NCBI RefSeq assembly: GCF_001194135.2 | Contig: NC_068989.1 | Span: 93,980,851-94,044,850 of the forward strand | Length of the DNA stretch: 64,000 nt | Source of the DNA: Octopus bimaculoides | Taxonomy: Eukaryota | Reading direction: 5' to 3' | Part shown: positions 27,031 to 37,532 of the stretch, in pieces | Position numbering within the stretch: position 1 is the stretch's first letter | Layout: each line of letters opens with the position of its first letter | The notes under the pieces: model-generated | The model's database searches: none | What the model was told of the DNA's origin: nothing | Seen by the model: the letters and a program-made list of their open reading frames with translations, nothing else | Position numbers and translations under genes: made by a program

Positions 27031-27710
27031 TGAACGTGCTTTATTTTGCATACTGCCATGTGTACACACAAGTCTCAAATAATTACTTACATATATATAT
27101 GTGTGTGTCTATCTGTCTGTTTTTATACAAATATTATATACTTCTTTCATTCTGCAAAAACCTTGTCAGTGCAAATTTCAAATTAAGATCTAAAAGAGAA
27201 GCTTACTTTTAGAAATACGTAGAGTCTACCAAGAATCTATGAGATCAATATAAGACCGAGAAGAACACGTATAATTGTTTCTGCTCTTCTTGTGTCAACG
27301 TCCAAAAATACATGAAATTGTATGAGTATTTTACAGGATAAAAATTGCCGGCCTTTACTTTCGCTTTAGGCTTCTAAGACGACGTTGCACTCAATCAAAA
27401 TTCTTCAAAATTTTCAAACCGATTGCACTTTCAAAGATTATCTCTAATTGTGTGTGCCACTATCTATGTTTCATTCAATATATTCGTTTTTAATACATTT
27501 TCACTCTTTTTATTTTCCCCAAATTTTAACGCGACAGTGGATTAACGCTACTGTGTAGAATTGTGTTGATTTCTTTTGAAGTTGAGTTCGTTACAATTCC
27601 CATTTACTTTTTCATTCATTCAACCTCAGTATCCCAAATAGATAGCAAAATAATAAAAAAAGATCAGAGTACTCTTTTGTAAATGCTAGTCTTATGAAAG
27701 AATGAATATG

Positions 27711-27754
<44 letters not shown>

Positions 27755-28606
27755 TAGAATGCTACGCCTTCATAAATACATATATGTATTATTGGTTAGG
27801 CGTTTATTTCAATAATTTTTATTAAAATATATATTGATAATATAAGTATGTCTTGAATTTATGAAAATATTGTGAGAAATTTTTTTTTTTGTTCAGTAAG
27901 ACACTTCAAACAAATATTATGTGAGCTCCAGCTTGAAATAATTGGGAATTATTAGGACTTGGGTAAAAATTAGGTGGTAACGAAATAAAACACGCCAGCA
28001 CAATCTTGAGTGAAAATAGTATTTGTTATATTAGCACCTGTTATATAAGTTTCAGGAATATTCTTTAGAATAAAAGTTTGACATCTCCTCCGGAATCTAT
28101 GGTTCATCACTACTCCAAATAAAGTTTTTAATTAGGCAAACGTCTGTGAATATAATTCCAATAGCCTAACAGGCGCCATTCATATATGTATGTATATATA
28201 GTGATGTAGGTATACTATATATGGGTGTGTGTACAAATATGGAAATGTATGGATATGAATATATATATATAGTATATACATATACACGCGTGCGTGCATT
28301 TGAGTGTGTAAACACGCCCGTGTTTATCTGTAGTAAACATGTGTATTTGTTTACAATGTGGAATGCAGTTCTTAAGAAAATTATTTTCTCTGAAATATCA
28401 TTAATGAATCTACAACTGCACACACACACAGACATATATGTATACAAACACATGTATATGCACGTATATTTATAAATATACGTGTGTATATATATATATA
28501 CGTGTATATATATATATGTGTGTGTGTGTGTGTATGTATATATATATATATATATATATGTCAAGAATAGATGTCAACAATTAAGGGGGTTGAGTACGAG
28601 TTTTAC

Positions 28607-28673
28607 GAGTCCAACAGCTGTTTCTGGGGTCTTGGAAGTCATCGAATACCACCAGCTTCCGTCTTCAGGGAAG
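28607..28673 (-). ncRNA. Hammerhead-like motif in an inverted segment just upstream of the PLE RT
   Basis: Minus strand CTTCC-CTGAAGA-C-GGAAG...CTTCC-AAGACCCCA-GAAA-CAGCTG-TT-GGACTC: intact CUGAAGA and GAAA, palindromic ACAGCUGU stem III, 9-nt insert before GAAA. Confidence 0.55.
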
Positions 28674-28878
28674 AATTTTACAATTATGGTGCTGACAGAA
28701 TTGAGTTTAAAGACGGAATGATTTTGTGGAGAACTAAGTGCATTGGAGTTTCTCCACTATATTGTGGCATTTTACTAAAGAATCCATGAAAATCGGATTA
28801 TTTCCATCCCCTTGAAGGAAATTGTTTTTCCTCAGATTGAATGATATATATATATAAATTATTATATATATATATATA

Positions 28879-30380
28879 ACTGGCCCAGAATGCCCTACTC
28901 ACCGACTAAGCAATGTCATTGCATTGTTTTGAAACTACTATGTACCTCCATACCAAATTTCATCCGGAATGACATCGATTTCCTCACCCATTTTTCCAAA
29001 GCAACTGAAACAAATTCACTTCTATTTGGGTTTGGTGTGGCTAGCCTTTACACCAATATTTCACATGATTCAGGAATGGGTGTCATTAGATACTGGGTAG
29101 AAAAACAGAAGCGATTCCCAACAGATTCACAGTACCATTTATATTAGATACTGTCTTATTCTGGAAAACAACACATTCTTCTTCAATGGAAATAATTACA
29201 TCCAAATTAAAGGCACGGCGATGGGAGCGAGGTTTCCTCCCGATTACGTGAACTTTGTAATGGGATATTTAGAACAGTAACTCTACCAAGGAGTAGAGGA
29301 AAACTATAGCACTGAATTCAGAAATTATATTGAAAAGGCACGGAAGAGATACCTTGACGATTGTTTCATAATCTGGACAGAATCTCCAAACACTATGGAA
29401 GAGTTTAATATCCTCCTGAACAACCTACATTCATCTCTCCAATTTACAAAGGAAATGAGTAGAACCAAATTACCATTCCTAGATATAATGGTAATTAAAA
29501 AGGACACCACCATTACCACAGATATATACTACGGACATACATCAATACCTGACTTTTAAGTCTTGCCATCCACCACATACAAAACGCAACATCCCATACT
29601 GGCTAGCCAGAAGAATGTGTGCCATTGTAGAAGATGCGAATGTCAAGAACAAACGCTTAACAGAACTAAGAGAATTTTTGCTCAAACAAAAATACCCGTC
29701 TCTACTTATAGAAAAAAGCATACAGAGGGCTATAAAAATACCCATACAACAACTGAGGACAACCTAAAAAAGAGGAAAACAGGAACACGTCATACCATTT
29801 ATTGTGACACACAACCCACGTCACCAGAATATCTTCAACATTACCAAAGCAAACTTACCAATCATTGCTCAAAGTAATGAATTAGGAGATATAATCACAG
29901 ACTTAGCTATGGTTCTTAGTAAAAGACAACCGAAAAACTTGAAAAAATATTGAGCCAAAGTTCGGCCTTAGCAACAAAGACCAATCATTCACTGTATCCA
30001 AATGCAATGATAGCCGATGTGACACATGCTAATTCATACATACCGGCAAATCTATGGACACAAAAACCGGAAAAATATTCACAAATGCAAATATCAACTT
30101 CAAAAGCAGAAATTTAATTTACTGCATCAAATGCCCGAATTGTGAAGAACTATCTGTGGGTCAGACTGGAAATGCGCTATCGAAACTTTCACTTGTGCAC
30201 CGACAGCAAATTAGAGTCCCAGGTGCCGGTCAGATACCCTTGAGTAACCATCTCGCAACGTGCGGTCAGAAGATATTTACGTTTCTATTCAACAAACTAC
30301 ACAATCCAAGTTAAATTGAGAGAAACATCAGAGAAAAGAACTTAATTAATAAATTCCAACTCAAGCTAAATAAACAATAA
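28879..30380 (+). pseudogene. PLE reverse transcriptase plus GIY-YIG endonuclease, multiple frameshifts and stops
   Basis: GPECPTHRLSN, SLYTNISH, QIKGTAMG, KRYLDDCFIIWT (YLDD at 29350-29361), LPFLDIMV, CHPPHTKRNIPY, C..RCDTC, KSRNLIYCIKCPNCEELSVGQTG, ending INKFQLKLNKQ*. Confidence 0.92.
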
Positions 30381-31084
30381 TACTAATACTTAGAGGGACT
30401 ATTTATACTGCTACGACCACTACTACTACTACTATCAACAACAACAACAATAGTAAAGGTGCTCATGATGACGATATCAGGAAAGTCAAGAGCAAAGCCA
30501 ATAAAAATAATCTTATTTTGGGGCTTAAAGTTCTATAACAACAGCTACTCCTGCCACCACCACCAACGACGACAAGTGTAATAAAGGAGATGGTGATTAT
30601 GATAATTGAAATGTAAGATCCATGGGAAAATATTGCTTACAACATTTCTAAAAATAACCGAACTGTTACTGCTTTGGCCAGGGTCAAAATACAGGTCTCT
30701 TGACACGATCAACAAACCGTGACGCCTAAACTAAACACCAATCAGCTTAAGTAATTTAATGAAGCCACGCACTGATTGGTCAGTATACAGTTTGCAAATA
30801 TTAACATTTTGGAGCCTATACAAATGTATTTAAGGCACAAAGTTGAGCCATCTCACTGCAGTTGTAAATTGTAAAACAGAACTGTCACCACTACTACATG
30901 AAACTGAAAATTGCATTGCTAAATGTATGACAGTTCTAGGTCAATCAAAATGGACATTTAATATTCTATCATTTCATTATATTATCTTATATCATTATAA
31001 GGATTTTTAAATAAAACGTGAGAATCAAAGTTGGAGTTTCCTTGAATCACATCTAACTCTTCGAAACAACAGTGTTTTAATGGT

Positions 31085-31121
31085 GGCAGCTGATGAAGGA
31101 TATGGTCCCTATGTGGCCTGC
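31085..31121 (+). ncRNA. Hammerhead relic at the PLE 3' terminus (GAAA lost)
   Basis: GGCAG-CTGATGA-AGGATATGGTCC-[no GAAA]-CTATGTGGC-CTGC; stem I (GCAG/CTGC) and stem II (GGA/TCC) are retained. Confidence 0.4.
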
Positions 31122-31424
31122 GAGTTTTTTCTTTGTACCTTGTTTATCATTTTGTCCATGTCTTTTTGCAACGTCATGTACCTAGATATGTATCTATATG
31201 TACATGTAGATGAAGGTATGTACATATATATGCATATACTCAAATATTGCTTGTTTGTGTATATATATATATATATAATTTGGAAGGGAAATAGAAATAT
31301 TAGAATTTTCTGCTACCAGTTGCCTAGCGTGTAAAAGTTTAGTCCAAATGACTTTATATTATTCATATAAATACAGCGTATATTTAAACACATAAGAGGT
31401 ATCCATCATATGATTCCCTCACCA

Positions 31425-31600
31425 TAGAAAGAACAGCTAAGTTCCCAAACCATATTAGGGCTAAAATTTCGAAAGGAATGAAAAATAAAAACATTTACCA
31501 TCTAGTTTTCTGGACCAATGTTTTCTGATTTTATTATAGCAAATTTCCTTTCGAAATGTTATCCCTAATAGAGGTTTTAGAACTTAGCTGTTATTTCTAG
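31425..31600. mobile_element. Older, diverged relative of the 16766-17045 MITE
   Basis: Shares TAGAAA..CAGC, TTTCGAAAGG..ATGAAAAATAAAAACATTTACCA and the inverted right end CCTTTCGAAA..TTATCCCTA..GCTG.TATTTCTAG. Confidence 0.75.
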
Positions 31601-32559
31601 CATGAAGGAATCGTATGATGGGTACCTCTTATGTGTTTAAATGTATACTGTATTTGCATATATATATATCTGTGTGCGTGTGTAAGCGTCAAACTAATAC
31701 ATGTTTGTTTACACATCCGTCTTCGTCTTTCGTAAATTTTCACTACATTTAAATATATATACGAGCACGCACATATTTGTACGTATGTAAATCTGTGTAT
31801 ATGTGTTATATACAGACACACACACCCGCACATGCATATATTATTTATATATGTATGTGTGTATATCTGTATGTGTGAGCGCATGTAAGAATGTGATTTG
31901 AGCATAATCTGTATATAGGGATTTTTATTCTCTGAATAACCTAAAATATGTCTTAAGTTAACCACATCACTGCTAAACTCTTTTCTATGGCTCTTCGTGG
32001 CATTATTGATCTCTTCAACTTTACTCTGTATTAGCGTTCCAGTTATGGTATATTTCGTTTTAACGATGTATATCGCTAGTTCTGCTTATTTAATGCTCAA
32101 ATAAATTCATGACTTGTTTAATTCTGAACGAAATCACTTTCTTCTCCATCTGCGTAAAATACTGTAAAGAGACTTTTTTCACAATGAACACATCTTAAAC
32201 TATGTTTATGTTGCTTAATCCCCAGAAATAATGGGAGAATATGCAAATCCATTGCTTAATAGATTATTATTTAATATTTTCTTAATATTTTGTCAGATAT
32301 GTTGGCGAAGTTTATTGCTAATGAAGCTGAGCCTTCATATTAGAAGCGATAAGGTATTTAACATATTGGCTATGTAACTTCCAAAATAGCGCCGCATCCA
32401 CTGAGGATTTTTCAGTGAAAATCGTCAGACACACCTGAAAGGAAGAATGTAGTTTGTGCAGATGTATATCTAGACACATATGAGCACATTCATACACATA
32501 CATATTTAAATGTGTGTGTGTGTGTGTGGGGGGGTTCAAATCTACAGCAAGCAAAAGAC

Positions 32560-32700
32560 AAAGAGAGGTGAGAAAACAACAAGCAGGTGTATCAGTTTGA
32601 CGCTCCGGGAGAATGGAAAAGTCTTTGACGTTTCAGGCCTTTGACTTTTCCACAGAAAGAGATGAAAGGAAAAAAATGGCGAGAGAGAGAGAAAAATAAA
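32560..32700 (-). repeat. Short repeat family F (PLE-terminus-like) containing a minimal hammerhead-like motif at 32622-32660
   Basis: Minus strand TCTTT-CTGTGGA-AAAGTCAAAGGCCT-GAAA-CG-TC-AAAGA; flanks match 36460-36621 and 58660-58747. Confidence 0.6.
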
Positions 32701-33349
32701 AAACGAAGAGGAAAAAATATGTATAATGGCACCGACGTCAAACTTGCATTTCATAGACTCCGAGTCGATGAAATAAAAACCAGCAGGCTACTGTGTCGAT
32801 GCTTACCCTTTCTTGAAACAACTGGCATTGTACTAAAATTAGAAAGAATTATTATTATTATTAGATAAAGTCTGCTACCTCTCAACCCACTACGTTATAA
32901 GAGGCTGTAAACTTGAACGCATGGAACGCAGAAACATAAAAGAAATTCATATAATATAGTCAATATAGAGATATATACCGGGCAGAACTATTTACTAGAT
33001 TAATTATGAAACGGACGAAGCCACGCAACACCACGTAAACAAGTCTAGAGATTTCTGTGCCGACCAGAAATAATATTGTTCAACATAATCAAATAATTAG
33101 CAATACAACTCGAATCAATTATGTATTTAATATAGTTTGTTTTGATTAGTAACAGAGGACTAGAAGTTTATGCAGTCAGGAAAATGAAAACAAGCCGTTA
33201 GACAGCAATCACAGGACAATCTATTAGACGCGTCATTTAGCATTCGATTTGGTGGAGTGTTAGAAAGACAGGCAGGCCGTTTACTGGAAGTTCAAAAGTT
33301 TGCAATGAGAGCCAGTTTCCGAAAAAAGAATTGCTGATTAAAAAAGACA

Positions 33350-33590
33350 ACGCTCCGCCGGTTATGACGATGAGTGTTCCAGTTGAGCCGATCAACGAAA
33401 TAGACAGGTCGGAAACTTAACGTGCAAATGACTGAGCCACAGGCATAATTCTCAGGGAAACTCAGCCTGGCACAGAATGTGATAATGTTGGTCTTTTGAA
33501 ATACAGGTGCTACTCATTTTCGTCAGCTGATTGGACTGCAGCAAGGTAATATAATGACACAACGTGCTGCCGGATCTCGAACTCACGATT
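33350..33590 (-). mobile_element. SINE family B, degenerate
   Basis: GTTCCAGTTGAGCCGATCAACG..TTAACGTGCAAATGACTGAGC..ATTCTCAGGGA matches 18010-18110. Confidence 0.7.
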
Positions 33591-34325
33591 TCCAAATACT
33601 CTAACTACGGAGCAACGAATCTTCATATTGCTGATGTTGTGAAATATATTTGCTTTTTACGAGTAGTGTTAACACTTTCGAACGAATGGTCATGTGAAAG
33701 AAATGTTTATGAGAGACCAAGCCTTTGCAGGCAAATACGGAAATGTAATTCCTAAATCTAAAAATGAAGATTATCATTGATTCGATTGTTTGCAAATAGA
33801 AATGTAAAAATACTGACTGCTTAAGAATTTCAGTTAAAATTCAAATCCATGGGTGTAGAATAATCTCGAAAAATGCATGAATGTCATATGGAACAGCATT
33901 TCTCAGGTTATATAAGTAAAGCGCATGGCGCCATTCAGGTAATCAGATGTAGTGATTATCGATGCAATCAGTAAAAATCCAAATGGATTATTTTCTCTGC
34001 TATAAATGTAAATGAAAATATTTTTAATGGGAAAGACGATGCAAGAGTGTCTGTAGTCTGAAAGGAATATACTTGGAAATGCAAGTTTGGTATCTTCTTG
34101 ACAATATAAACATAGGAATAAACATATAACATATTAAGGAACGATTTAATAATGAATAGTGATTGTAGGAAATAATATTGACTCTTCACATTGGAATAAC
34201 ATCACGCATTTTGGAGTGCGAGTAGTTGATTCATGAAACGATGGTATGTGACTAGTATTTTGCGTTCATGATCCCTCGAGCAATGAAAGGCAATGTCGAG
34301 CGTAGACACAATTAGAGCAGCTCAT

Positions 34326-36290
34326 TTGTTTTGTTTTTATTCTTTTGTTTTTTTTTCTGTGCTACCATTCGAAAGCTCCGCATACCGGAAACCAGCAACT
34401 GAATGGGGTCATAGGAAAGGATGTGCGCCGTTTAGGAGCCTACCTCTCGACGGCATCATTGCACACCGCCACGGCCCCCACTCACTGAAATGACGCCCCG
34501 CTTGCTAGATCAACTGGTTATCAGATATAGCTCAATATACTTGTAGCCATCGCTCATCTTCTCTTTTTAACCAAATCAAGTGGTTAGCCATTTCCACTGT
34601 GGTTTGGATATCGGTCATGGTGGTATTTACTTAACGATGAGTTACGGCTAACGATAACAACAGTTGCCTCACACTGTGTCCAATGGATCATTTACATCCC
34701 ACTTCGACTGCAAAATGCTCTGTTGTCCATCCCGCGCCTTCACATTCCGCGAGAAGGTTTACATAACGGTGAATCATTCGAGTCCGAACAGCGTCCATGT
34801 TATCTTCATGAGGACTCGTTAACTTGACTAGATTCACCACTTTCTTCACACCACATTATAATATCCGGTTTCTTTGTAACTGGGATGGGAAAGAATCCAT
34901 GGCATCCTGGTAAATCTGCAGCCACCTCTAAATAGCCGTTCTACTTTTCATCGCGCACATGAAGTTTCTTCTTGATGAAATAGATATGCTGCCCTGAGTG
35001 CATGAAGGTAAAGAAATCTCTGGTTGGTTCTTTCAATGGTTTTTTTTCCACTGTTGATGAGAACGATTTAGTTCTTTATAGCCTTGAAGATAACCTTAAG
35101 GACCAGGTTGTGTCTCCATGTATATGTATTCAATGCAAGTGAACAGTTGGAGAGAATGTTTCAGTGTTCCGACTTTTCGCATTTGCATATTTCATTCTCT
35201 GAGATGTTCCATCTTACTAGACTGCCGGTGATGGGAAGACATCATAGCTGAGATGTGGTCAACATCCATATCTCATTCCAACTTATTTTTTCTCAACAAC
35301 ATGTTCTTCTCATTTCGTCATCTGTCCTTGTTGAACGCATTGGATCAAATGAAGTTCTCCTCTCTCTGTTTCTCTTATTTCTACGTTGTTGCTAACAATA
35401 GATCTGCGTTCGTTCGGCATCATACTTGCAAACGGCCTGAACCGATCTGCGCCAAAACCAAGTTCCTTCCAATGAATTTGCGTTGCACCCACCATATCAT
35501 GGTGTGTAATCGAAGAGAGAATGCCATAAGTCTCTGCTTCTGCTTTCCACTTCCTGATCGTTTTTACATCTGGTGGATTACGCCTGATTTCGATGTCCTT
35601 CGACTTTCTCAGCATCATCACCGTTCGTACCTTCCCTAGTTTATAAATTTCGACTATTGACGCCAGTGGTAACTGTAACGAACCTCTTTTACGATAGAGA
35701 GCTGAACTGTTCAATACCCGAAGTAGGACTAACATATTACACTTTTGTTCAATGATTTGAACTCGTGACAGTGCCATCTGGTATATTAATAGTAGCCACG
35801 ATCATCGCGTATACAAGACCACATGTAAGCACCATATTTTCTATTTACCTGATAGCATTGAGTTATCAACTGATGTTAACCCATCCTCGGTTTGTTTCGT
35901 AATTTTCATTTTGCGAATCCTCTCTGACAACGTTTCAGCATATACACGCTTCAAGCTCTTGGCGAGTTCCTCCTTCACTGTTGGAATTCTTTCTTCATCT
36001 ATTTTAAACTTAACTTCTTTTAGCACTCGCTTAATAAATGCCTTACTATGCAACTTCTTTTTTATTTGCTCTGAATCGCTTCTTTGACCATTTCACAATC
36101 TCGTCTAACCTCAAGAGGGCACTCTGCATGATTTGCTTGTCTGTTGATTGAAGTGTCACGTCATCCATGAATGCTTTTTTAGGTGATTGTACATGACAAT
36201 TTGTTCCGAAAAGTCCACTGCCTTCAAAATCACCTTCGTGACACATTGTGCAGCCAGCGGCAATACCAAAATTCTGTTTTACTCATGGCA
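34326..36290 (-). mobile_element. 5'-truncated RLE-type LINE, HERO/NeSL-like (RT C-half, CCHC zinc knuckle, restriction-like endonuclease, 3' UTR, A-rich tail)
   Basis: Minus strand: GIAAGCT; KAFMDDVT (36160-36171); LQLPLASIVEIYKLGKVR..RKWKA (ORF 35310..35777); C..C..HILSNCSLALNTYTWRHNLVL; KKPDIIMW..LTSPHE..HFAVEVGC..LIWLKRE. Confidence 0.85.
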
Positions 36291-36309
36291 GCGCATGTTA
36301 TCGATCTGA

Positions 36310-36388
36310 AAGTCAACATTAGCGGAATTTCAACTCGGAACGTGGATACGGACGTAATGCCGATAATCATGTTGCACAACTCGCCACT
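36310..36388 (-). mobile_element. SINE family A fragment
   Basis: Reverse complement GTGGCGAGTTG...CACGTTCCGAGTTGAAATTCCGC..GACTTT. Confidence 0.55.
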
Positions 36389-36459
36389 TTGGGACATACA
36401 TAAATACATATATGTGTGCGTGTTTGTTTGTGTATGTATATGTAGTGAGAATTTACAAA

Positions 36460-36621
36460 AAAAGCAAAAGACGAAGACAAGTGTGTAAACAACAAACATA
36501 TGTATTAGTTTAACGCTCGGGGAGTGAGAAAGTCTTTTAAGTTTCGAGCCTACGCTTTTCGACAGAAAGGAACACAGAAATAAACAGGGAGAGAAATAGA
36601 AAATGGTTTAGTGGCGAGTAT
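36460..36621 (-). repeat. Repeat family F with a minimal hammerhead-like motif at 36534-36570
   Basis: Minus strand CCTTT-CTGTCGA-A-AAGC-GTAG-GCTC-GAAA-CT-TA-AAAG. Confidence 0.6.
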
Positions 36622-37473
36622 NNNNNNNNNNNNNNNNNNNNNNNNNNNNNNNNNNNNNNNNNNNNNNNNNNNNNNNNNNNNNNNNNNNNNNNNNNNNNNN
36701 NNNNNNNNNNNNNNNNNNNNNNNNNNNNNNNNNNNNNNNNNNNNNNNNNNNNNNNNNNNNNNNNNNNNNNNNNNNNNNNNNNNNNNNNNNNNNNNNNNNN
36801 NNNNNNNNNNNNNNNNNNNNNNNNNNNNNNNNNNNNNNNNNNNNNNNNNNNNNNNNNNNNNNNNNNNNNNNNNNNNNNNNNNNNNNNNNNNNNNNNNNNN
36901 NNNNNNNNNNNNNNNNNNNNNNNNNNNNNNNNNNNNNNNNNNNNNNNNNNNNNNNNNNNNNNNNNNNNNNNNNNNNNNNNNNNNNNNNNNNNNNNNNNNN
37001 NNNNNNNNNNNNNNNNNNNNNNNNNNNNNNNNNNNNNNNNNNNNNNNNNNNNNNNNNNNNNNNNNNNNNNNNNNNNNNNNNNNNNNNNNNNNNNNNNNNN
37101 NNNNNNNNNNNNNNNNNNNNNNNNNNNNNNNNNNNNNNNNNNNNNNNNNNNNNNNNNNNNNNNNNNNNNNNNNNNNNNNNNNNNNNNNNNNNNNNNNNNN
37201 NNNNNNNNNNNNNNNNNNNNNNNNNNNNNNNNNNNNNNNNNNNNNNNNNNNNNNNNNNNNNNNNNNNNNNNNNNNNNNNNNNNNNNNATATATATATATA
37301 TATATATAAGTTATCTCCTTAACAACTCTAATGAAACGAAACCAACTACAAAGTTTACTAAAGAAATACCATATGAATGTCTTCGAATTTGGCATATTTA
37401 GCGTCTTCCTACTTTTACGCTTAACAAATTCTTCTGGCATCACATGATTCCTCTTACCACATCTATCTTAGTA

Positions 37474-37532
<59 letters not shown>

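Larger units (their letters stand above)
28879..31130 (+). mobile_element. 5'-truncated Penelope-like element (Neptune-like EN linker) with 3' UTR
   Basis: RT and EN motifs as in the next feature; 3' UTR with (ACT)/(ACA) repeats ending at a hammerhead relic. Confidence 0.9.
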
